Assembly (NCBI GenBank): GCA_048013815.1
Contig: CM106585.1
Location: 16,988,001-17,052,000 of the forward strand
From: Setoptus koraiensis
Taxonomy: Eukaryota; Animalia; Arthropoda
Reading direction: 5' to 3'
DNA: 64,000 nucleotides
Both the position numbers and the translations under genes were made by a program. Shown one piece after another: positions 13,885 to 22,963 of this stretch (within the stretch, counting starts at the first letter, position 1; the number at the start of each line of letters is the position of its first letter). The notes beneath the pieces were generated by a model. The model was not told where the DNA came from. It ran no database searches and saw nothing but the letters and a program-made list of their open reading frames with translations.

Positions 13885-15972
13885 TTGCTGCTGCTGTTGT
13901 TGTTGTTGCTGTTGTTGTTGTTGTTGTTGCTGTTGTTGTTGTTGCTGCTGCTGTTGTTGATGCTGCTGTTGTTGTTGTTGCTGCTGCTGTTGTAGTTGTT
14001 GCTGCTGTAGTTGTTGTTGCTGCAGTTGTTGTTGTTGCAGTTGTTGCTGTTGCTGAAGTAGCTGTTGCTGAAGTTGTTGTTGCTGGGGCTGTTGCTGGGG
14101 CTGCTGAGGCTGCTGTTGCTGAGGCTGAGGCTGCTGTTGTTGTTGGGGCTGCTGAGATATAACTTGATTCTGTATTTGCTGTTGTAAGACTTGCTGTGCG
14201 GATGGCTGTTTGACACCAATCTGATCCGGTCGAGAGAAATATTTTTCATCACTGATCATATTTGCTACTACGCCTGGAGGAGGTTGCCTTGGGGCTCTCT
14301 GCAACAGAATGGAGGAGTTACCAACCAAAGTGAAAACCTCTTTCTGCACGTTTTGAGAAATTTCAGGTAGGTTATGGTGGGAATTAGTTGAAAGGACTCG
14401 TTGCTGTAAAAATGTAAGCATCACAGCTAGAGTTTCTGCGGGTAAGCTTGGACCCCCCATCGCTATCGATCCGACATCATTCTCTTTATTTGATCCCCCT
14501 AGTAAAGATAGATAGCGCCTGTTTAGAAATGACGCGATAGCCCTAATAAAGTTTTCTCCATTCTCACTGAACTTATCCATCAGCCATTTATCCAGTTTAA
14601 GATATTCTCTTCTTGATGCTAGACAAGCTAAATCTATAACGAAGGGGTAGCATGTGCCATCGAGCAATCTGAATAAGGTTTTGATATCTTGCGCTACATC
14701 CAAAATTCGTGATAGCCGTTGTTGCTGCTCTTCAGGTGATGATTTGATATAATGATCACAAAGTGCATGAAGGAGTGCTTGCTGTGACCACGACAACGGA
14801 GTGCTTGGCTTTTGTTGATTTGGAGCAATACTAGAGGATTCACACTGTAAGTTACTATTCCAGATACTATGCAGTATAATAGCCGCATTAGGATGAGATG
14901 CATTAAGAAATGAAGGTATGGCCATACTGAGTATTTCAGACTTAGCGGCTGATGTTTGACCAGAGACACCTAACAAACCTAAAACAACAATATCGGGGCA
15001 ACTTTGAACAGGCCATCTAAATATCTCCAGGACCCGACCGTAGCAAATATTATTGGATTGTAGATTCGGTAGATTGCCTGGTATAGTAAAATCAATGAGA
15101 ATCTGATACAGCCGCTGGAACTTCCAATTCTTCAATCCTGGCAGAGAGTCGAAATCTGGATGGCATTTTAGCAAGTCATAATATTGAACTTGTTGACCGA
15201 TATTGGGTGTGCCTGCTTGTTGCACTGAATTGGAGAGTTGAGGTTGGGTTAATAATTTAGCAATCAAATTATGTTCGATACAGTTGGCAATGAAGTTGAA
15301 TTGAAAATCGTGATTGTGTTGCCAAATTTTGCTGAAGAAGGCACTCCCAATTATGTAAGGTCCAAGCTTATGTGACGAGGCTAGATTCATGAAAAATTGC
15401 CAGAAATGTTGAAAGGCGGTTGATGGCGATGATGATATGTGCTTGCTAGCAGGTATTGTATAAGAGGTATTCCTGAAAATTCTATCACTTATAAAATCCT
15501 CATCATCAAAGGCATGAAGTAGTTCATGAATTGGCGATGACAAATGTTCGCGGCAGATATCTGCAAACAAATCAATTTCCTCACTCCTATTGGATGTATC
15601 TATACTGGACGTTACTGATGATTGGCCGTGATTGTTACTTGATGGCGATGTCGCCTGTTGGTCATTATCTTGCTGTAGATGAAGTAATGAGGACATCGAT
15701 CCACTACTTGACATTCCGCTGTTATTGGTATGTAAGGGGGAGTTTGATTTTTGTGGTATCTCGCACAATGCACACAATATTTTGCAGGCCAACTTTGGAG
15801 TAAAATCAAATTGTCGAAGTATTTCGACATTGAGGTGGTTATTGCCAACATTTTCGTTGACTACCAATGCCGCTATCTGCGTCTCCGTTAGCGACAAATG
15901 GTTCGAGTTTGGATCAATGGTGGTCATAGTTGTATGGTCCCCAATATGATGATCCTCATATTTCAACCACAT
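9104..15972 (-). CDS. CNOT1: CCR4-NOT scaffold subunit 1, lacking the TTP-binding domain
   Basis: Exons 15972-9284 and 9167-9104 (phase-2 intron; joined ...APEIEK|LFESVARSCC). Motifs DLACLASRREYLKLDKW, CAF1-binding MIF4G (KVFFIINNLS), DUF3819, and the NOT1 C-terminal domain (RPHPWGLLVTFIELIKNP). Start may be the later MTTIDP codon. Confidence 0.96.
13780..14185 (-). repeat. CAA/CAG polyglutamine tract in CNOT1
   Basis: Gln-rich block of ~130 codons, including 40 uninterrupted Gln codons at 13840-13959. Confidence 0.97.
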
Positions 15973-16670
15973 GAACTAATAGAGTTTGTATTTTGTATTA
16001 TTAATGGCTACCAATAATAATAATAATGTCTGTGATAATCTCGGGATAGTGATTGATTATAAAATAATACAGATTTTGTGTGTGTATATATCTTCTATTG
16101 TATATAATTATGTGTGATTATAATAATAATAATAATAATAATAATACATATGCTACCAACAAAAAATAGATAATAATAATATGCGTTGTAATTACACGAC
16201 AGTGTCGTAAATGGATGTAATAGCCCTAGATAATTACATATATATATAATTAGAATGTATCAAGTGGCTGGAGCTCTCTTGTGGTTATACGCGAGTGATG
16301 TTATAAGAGCACGACAGCAGAGAGAAATACAAATGTAATCAAAGGTCTGAAAAATAATAGAACGCGAACCACCAATCGGTGCACCGATAGAAGAAAGGGA
16401 GAAACGGCGAACGAGAGGGGAATTTTGTCAATTCAGGGTGAACAAAAACTTTTGTATGTTTCACCCGATAAAGAGCATGTGATATTGAGGATCAAAATAA
16501 AGTGTAAGTCTGTCGCTAAAATCGCAAATCTGTGCAAAAAAATCTACTCCAATGTGCACGCATTCGCTCGTAACTCCGGCGGTTTATTCGAATTTTTCAA
16601 GTTTTTCCCTGCTGATTCAGTTAGAGTTTGCAACAATGTATACCAAAGTTATCTCGTGATCAGTATGCGC

Positions 16671-16743
16671 GGCCTTGTAGTATAATGGACATTACGCCTG
16701 ACTACGAATCAGGAGGTTCCAGGTTCGACCCCTGGCAAGGTCG
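16671..16743 (+). tRNA. tRNA-Arg-ACG: tRNA-Arg (anticodon ACG)
   Basis: Cloverleaf: acceptor GGCCTTG/CAAGGTC, anticodon stem CCTGA/TCAGG with loop CT-ACG-AA, T-arm CCAGG-TTCGACC-CCTGG, D-loop AATGG. No intron. Confidence 0.95.
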
Positions 16744-16751
16744 ACGGCTAC

Positions 16752-16756
16752 TTTTT
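16752..16756 (+). terminator. RNA polymerase III terminator (T5)
   Basis: TTTTT 9 nt downstream of the tRNA 3' end. Confidence 0.8.
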
Positions 16757-18039
16757 GCCGACTTATATCTAGAAGTTCTTTTTCATTTTCATTCATTCAT
16801 CTTATGGCTCACTTCATCTTTCTTTCCACTAACAATTGTACTTTTAATTCTATCTAATATTATATGGTATTTTTACAACTTGTTCGAAAAATTGGTAATT
16901 TTGACCGCGGCTATTCTATCACTACTATATCATCGCCCCACACTCAGTAGTATAGCGTCCGCTAGCTAAAGTCAGCTACTCACTTCCATAAGCTCCAATG
17001 CCCAGCCAACTAGCAAACAGAAACCTTTTTAGCGCGCAATCTCGCCTATCTCAAAACTAAAGTGGCGCTGCCTAGATAGATGCACATAGTTGCGGGGAGT
17101 GCGTGAACTAGAGCACACAAGCTAGATTTTACATGGAAAAAAAGAATGAAAGTATGCTCATACGCAACATCAAAGCTTGCCCACCGAAGGAAGAAGTGAT
17201 CCAGTGCGCAAGATTGTAACTTATGGCCAGGCTAGCTAACGGATTGATGAGCAAGCAGCACAAGTCTATAGCATGGAGACCCGTATCAGTCTTATCAACA
17301 TCGAGCTCCCTAAATCGAATGTTGGAGCGAATGCAGCATACATCCAGAGAGCAACCGTGTATATGTAATAGTTTGGATATTCTCTGTAGCTCGGCACTGT
17401 ATAAAATCTGAGGATGCACACAAAAATACACAAGCACATAGACACACAAGCACACAGGTCGAAACTGCGACGATGGTGCGACTTGATGATTCGCAAATCC
17501 AACTAAATTGTTGTACGTTGCGTCACAAGTGCATCAAGCTATGATTGCTGTGTTACGTCAGTACAAGCTGTGCCAATGCGCACCACTTGTCGTGCCATGT
17601 GCAATCATTATGCATATAGTCGTAGTCACACTAAAGCCATTGGAATGTGTCTAGATGGTTGGCACAAATAATATAATTGGCACACTTTGTACCAGTGAGC
17701 AGTGTCAGAATGGCGAACTGCACTATTCTCTGTTACGCTAAAAGTCTACGAGAGAAAGAAACATGATGGTCACACTCACTAAAACTCGCTCAACCACTAA
17801 CGCGCTTGTGTACGTTACATCTAGTTCGCTGAGTGCTTGTGTGAGCAACGAAATGTATGCCCACGGCTGCATTCATAACGCTATCATGCTTGCCTTCTTT
17901 ACCATCAACCATTCCAGTTTCTTCTCCTTCTCTTCTAGTGCTTGTGAGATTATCAGGAGCCTTTATATTATTGGGTGCCTGTGTACAATTGAAGCGATCA
18001 TTCGCATATATTTATACAAGATGCAATTTAATTCCTAAT

Positions 18040-18370
18040 TATCAATTATATATCTATCACTATTTCGCTGGACTATATATTATTATAATTTTATATATAT
18101 CTATATATACATATATATGTATATTATATCTAAATATATCTATATATAAATATATAATTATGATCACTTTTAGTATTATCACATTATTATTACTATAATT
18201 GATATTATTATTATAACCACTAAAACAATCATTATTGCTACCCAAATACGGACAATTATTATTATTATCACTGGCAACTATTATTATAACTATCACTATT
18301 ACTACTGTACAATTATATTGACATTGTTGATACGTTGCCACTACGATAACTACAACGCATTTTAACAACT
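18040..18370. repeat. Very AT-rich low-complexity (TA/ATT) tract upstream of the CBP-like gene
   Basis: Runs of TATATA and ATTATT visible throughout. Confidence 0.85.
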
Positions 18371-18435
18371 GTTACTATTACCAAAAACACTAAAGTAAAC
18401 AATCTTTCTTCCATGTTGATACTAAACTTATTAAC

Positions 18436-21400
18436 ATGGAAGAGAGAATATCCAAGGAATTCTTACCTGTATTGGATAAACTCTACAATGCTGAGCCAGC
18501 TGGTGGCCCATTCAGGAAACCTGTCGATCCTGAATTGTACGAGTGCTACGACTATTATCTCAAAATAAAGCACCCAATAGATCTGTCTACCATCAGGGAG
18601 AAGCTCAACAATCGCAAATATGACGATGCCTGGAGACTTATCGCAGATATTAATCTCATGTTCAACAACGCGTGGCTGTTCAACAAACGACAAACCCCCG
18701 TTTACGAATACACTACCAAACTTAGTAAATTGTGGCAACAAGAACTTTCACCCGTTATGCAACGTCTTGGCTACTGCTGCTCAACACTCCACAGATTCGG
18801 ACCACAATTATTATTTTGTCATGGTACAACAACAGACCGTTACTGTCAAATTGCTGTTTCAGCTCGATACAAGTGCTATAATGATCAATATTCATATTGT
18901 ATACCTTGTTTTTCAAAAATTGAATCTAATTCAGTACAAATTCAGGATTTTTCTTCAGAGACTCCTCGAGGGGAACTTCCGTCACAACCGATAGATAAAG
19001 ATAAATTTGTCGATTGTACTAATGACCAGTGGCAATATGAAAGCTTTGTGAAGTGTGTTAGTTGCTCAAGACGAGTACATCAAGTTTGCAGCCTTTATCC
19101 AGCATCTGACGAAGAGATAGAAAATTGTATTCAGCATGCTGATTTGGAGCAGCAACAAAAAGATCAGTGCCAAGTACCGGAACAATTTAGATACTTGTTA
19201 GACCCAGATGTAGTGAACGAGAAACTTATAAATCTTAAAAACAGGAGGCAATCATGTAATGGTGCTGTGTCCTCCAAGAAAGCACATAACATTAATAAGA
19301 ATCAACAAAATCACGAGCAGAAATTGTTCGCCGAAAAAAATCCCTCGCGAAAATCAATCACCCAATACAAAAAAGAAGAAGGAATTAAGGAAAAAGAGTC
19401 TCATCAATTAACAAGCTTTATCAACTCTCTTGTTAATCCAAACTCAAATGAAGCCCAAGTTACTTCATCTTCACTTGACGACGAGCTGTTGGCTTTTGCC
19501 CGCGACGCGGCCGATAAACACCTTACTATTTCTGCCCCGACATCACCAGCTGCTCCTCATAGTTCTGGAGACTCAAGTATAAGTTTCAGCTCATCCGATG
19601 TCATTTCAACTACAAGCTGCGATTTCCTCAAGAGAATAACGGAAAAGGCTGAACCCAGTCTTACAAATACAAGACGTGATAGATTTTTGTGCAATCTCTG
19701 CTGCAATCAACAAACTTATGGTCGCGAGAATAGGCACCGCAAATGGAGTGCTCGCAGAATACAACAAAGCAGGATGTCTAGATATATAGAAGTTAAAGTG
19801 AACGAGTTCATTAAAAGCAGCGCCCCATCTGCTGGACCTATAACAATTCGAGTTCTTGCTGCATACAATGATAGGGTCGAGGTTAAACCTCAGATGCGAA
19901 ATTATGTTCAGCATTGTGCTGCAACTGACAAGCATCCTTTTTCAAAAGACTATCCAGAAGAATTCAAATACACAAATCGTGCCATATTTGCCTGGCAAGA
20001 AATAGATGGTGTGGACGTATGTGTTTTCGGCATGCATGTTCAAGAGTATGGCGTTGATTGTCCTGAACCCAACAAGCAAGTTATTTATCTGTCTTATTTA
20101 GATTCTGTGCATTTCTTCAGGCCCAAGGAGTATCGGACTGCAGTTTACCATCAAATACTTCTGTCATATTTTCGCTATGTCAAGAAACTAGGTTTCTTAC
20201 GGGCATTCATATGGGTGTGTCCTTCAAGGAAAGGAGATGACTATATTTTTTACCGCCACCCAACGGAACAAAAGATGCCAACTCTCAAAAGGCTTTCTGA
20301 TTGGTATGTCGATTTACTCGATAAAGGTATTATAGCCGGTGTAATCGAGCACCATCAAAACATATATCAATATGCGAACTCTCAAAATTGGAAATCCATA
20401 CTCAGCATGCCTTACCTTAGTGGTGACTACTGGCCAGGCGAATTCGAAAGACTTCTTAAGATTAAAGTAGAATCTCAGAGAGAATATGATGAATTCAAAT
20501 CAGCCCAAGATCGTACAACGAATGATTTAGACTTCGATTCCGAACTCCCATTGGATCTGAGTATAAATGCAAGTCATACTAGTCCCGAGTATTACGAGAG
20601 TGATGACAGCTCTAGTAAGAATTCATTCAGTCATGGTTTTAAAAACAATCGACGAAAGCGGAGGAAATCGAACACCTTATCAGGATATTTGAATAAAAAA
20701 AGGTATAGGATGTCGAGTATGTATCAAGAAACATCTTCCCAGAAGGATCATTCAGTTTCAGAGGCTTCGGATAGAAGCCGTGTATTAGTTGATCCAGAGG
20801 TAGAGTTTTCTCGTAGTTTAGAGAGATCACTCAAAAGGCAAAAAGAGGGATTCATAGTCGCTCATTTGAACGAATGTGATTGTTCCTCTTACTTTGAGCA
20901 GAAGCGTCGCGATGCTGAGCCCATGATTAAATGCGATCTAATGAAAGGCAGAGAGCCATTTCTGCAAACTGCCAGATTAAAGAATTATGAGTTTTCTACT
21001 TTGAGGCGTGCTAAATTTTCTAGCCTCGCCATGGTAAAACATCTTAGTCTGACATCTAAACTGACCCCACTGTGCAGCGTTTGTTATTCTTCAGACTGTC
21101 ATTCTAGCATCCACTACGCTTGCCCGACTTGCGAAGATTTCTACCTCTGTTCTTCATGTCATTTGAATACTCATCACGACCACAAATTAGAATTGACATC
21201 TCCTACTTTACTTCCGGACATTGATGACGATCATTTACAATGCTCAACCACTTCACATAAATCATCTACATCCTCCTCCTCCTCATCATCATCTACAGCT
21301 ATATCAACAAGTGTAACCTCTAAGTCATCATCTCTGTTAACATCCACATCGACACTCAAAAACAACGCAACTATAGAGAATCTCCATCACAGTACCAGGA

Positions 21401-21861
21401 GAGCCACATCATCTTTATCACATCAAGCCTTATTGCCCATACCTTCTCATCAGAATCAGGAGAAGCATAGAGCTGAAGACGAAGAAAACAATAAGAGGGT
21501 TTTATCAGACAGGCATACTATCTCAAGAGCACTAACATCTTCGCCACCGCCATCAACTATGAGCAATCCGTCGTACGAATCTTTAAATTTAGAGATCATT
21601 GGAAGTCTTATCACCCGAGCTCAAATTTTTCATGATGTTGATTTTGAAAAGATGAAAAACGAGTCTAAAGCATTGATAACCCATTACTGGTATTGTAAAG
21701 CTAAAGATAATTGCCAGATGTGCAGGTTTGTTATACTAAGTTGCAGCTTTATGAGTTTGACTCTCACCGGCCACAAACCCCCCTCAAATAATCACAACAA
21801 TAATAACAATAATAGTGGCAGTGGTGGCAACTCAAACAAATCCTCAGGCATAATGAACTAA
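18436..21861 (+). CDS. CBP: CBP/p300-family (KAT3) acetyltransferase core: bromo-RING-PHD-HAT-ZZ-degenerate TAZ2
   Basis: Intronless 1141 aa ORF. Bromodomain (PFRKPVDP..FNNAWLFN), GYCC linker, HAT motifs YLSYLDSVHFFRP, TAVYHQIL, IWVCP..GDDYIF, DWY, PYLSGDYWP, EFSTLRRAKFSS, and ZZ finger. Confidence 0.93.
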   Translation: MEERISKEFLPVLDKLYNAEPAGGPFRKPVDPELYECYDYYLKIKHPIDLSTIREKLNNRKYDDAWRLIADINLMFNNAWLFNKRQTPVYEYTTKLSKLWQQELSPVMQRLGYCCSTLHRFGPQLLFCHGTTTDRYCQIAVSARYKCYNDQYSYCIPCFSKIESNSVQIQDFSSETPRGELPSQPIDKDKFVDCTNDQWQYESFVKCVSCSRRVHQVCSLYPASDEEIENCIQHADLEQQQKDQCQVPEQFRYLLDPDVVNEKLINLKNRRQSCNGAVSSKKAHNINKNQQNHEQKLFAEKNPSRKSITQYKKEEGIKEKESHQLTSFINSLVNPNSNEAQVTSSSLDDELLAFARDAADKHLTISAPTSPAAPHSSGDSSISFSSSDVISTTSCDFLKRITEKAEPSLTNTRRDRFLCNLCCNQQTYGRENRHRKWSARRIQQSRMSRYIEVKVNEFIKSSAPSAGPITIRVLAAYNDRVEVKPQMRNYVQHCAATDKHPFSKDYPEEFKYTNRAIFAWQEIDGVDVCVFGMHVQEYGVDCPEPNKQVIYLSYLDSVHFFRPKEYRTAVYHQILLSYFRYVKKLGFLRAFIWVCPSRKGDDYIFYRHPTEQKMPTLKRLSDWYVDLLDKGIIAGVIEHHQNIYQYANSQNWKSILSMPYLSGDYWPGEFERLLKIKVESQREYDEFKSAQDRTTNDLDFDSELPLDLSINASHTSPEYYESDDSSSKNSFSHGFKNNRRKRRKSNTLSGYLNKKRYRMSSMYQETSSQKDHSVSEASDRSRVLVDPEVEFSRSLERSLKRQKEGFIVAHLNECDCSSYFEQKRRDAEPMIKCDLMKGREPFLQTARLKNYEFSTLRRAKFSSLAMVKHLSLTSKLTPLCSVCYSSDCHSSIHYACPTCEDFYLCSSCHLNTHHDHKLELTSPTLLPDIDDDHLQCSTTSHKSSTSSSSSSSSTAISTSVTSKSSSLLTSTSTLKNNATIENLHHSTRRATSSLSHQALLPIPSHQNQEKHRAEDEENNKRVLSDRHTISRALTSSPPPSTMSNPSYESLNLEIIGSLITRAQIFHDVDFEKMKNESKALITHYWYCKAKDNCQMCRFVILSCSFMSLTLTGHKPPSNNHNNNNNNSGSGGNSNKSSGIMN

Positions 21862-22963
21862 GCCCAACGAAAATATTATTATAAAAAAAACTTATCGTTA
21901 TGATACTCGAAATAATTTAATAACAAAGTATGTCCTGCATATTTATTTACTTCATTGTCTAGGTCATTGTCTCTGATACTAGAGGTCATCAGTGAATGAT
22001 ACCTAGTTATCATGCTCCCACGGTTGTTGTATTTTTTATTTGTTCGGTTATGTTGTCAGTGGACTCTTTAATCGTTGTTGTGATGTTGGTTATGACTTCA
22101 TGTTGGCTACTTAAGTGGCTTGACCATAAAAGGTAGCTGACAGTTCTGGAGTATTGAGGTGATAAAAAGAATTGATATTTGTTGTAAAATTTGGCCAGTG
22201 TAAGTTCATCGTGTGTCGGAAGATTCTAAATTTCACGAAATGCTAATGAAATTTTTGTTAACTTACGACGCTATGAGCACCCCCAAGATGAGACCCAAAA
22301 GGCACCCGCAAAATCCTGAGTACTCCATCTAATAATTGACTAGTTTCGACTATATTGATGAGAAATAGAATATTCTCTAGAATTCCCGTCGAAGCGTGGA
22401 ATAAAAGATACGGTAGTAACGCGACAATGCTTTAATCTAAAGTTTTACATTGAATCACGCGATAACAGGCGATACAACAACTGAAAATGTTTAGAGTCAA
22501 ACGACTTGAGGGGTCAGGTTAACGTCTGCAACATTAACTACACAACACAAGCTCATCGAGTGATGCATTTAAATCAATCGTTGTGTCCGTGCTAACTTAT
22601 CTAACATTTACATTTGATCCATTAGTATCAGCATTTTTTGGAGAGTAGCATTAGATCAGTTACTAATTCTTAGTTACTATGTGAACGGCAGTGATTGATA
22701 TACACACAGACAAAAAGTCGATCGATTGAATAGTCGAAATAGATTCGGATGATTCTATTCTTGATTCTAAATTACAATATGTATATAGTGTACAATGTAC
22801 ACTAATGAAACATCATGTACAGGTATATAGTCGACCAATAACATGCCAAATTGACTGGGCATCTACAATTGATTTTGAACTCGCTGAAATGTTGCACATC
22901 TAGTGACCAGTATGTCGCTATAGTCGCTATTTTACATGAACAGTTATACGGTTTTTGCCAATG

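Noticed and set aside
13701-14252. Poly-Leu and poly-Asn/Ser ORFs
   Set aside because: Shadows of the CNOT1 CAA/CAG tract.
17763-18368. Ile/Tyr-rich ORFs as missing CBP N-terminal exons
   Set aside because: They arise from AT-rich low complexity and show no TAZ or KIX motifs.
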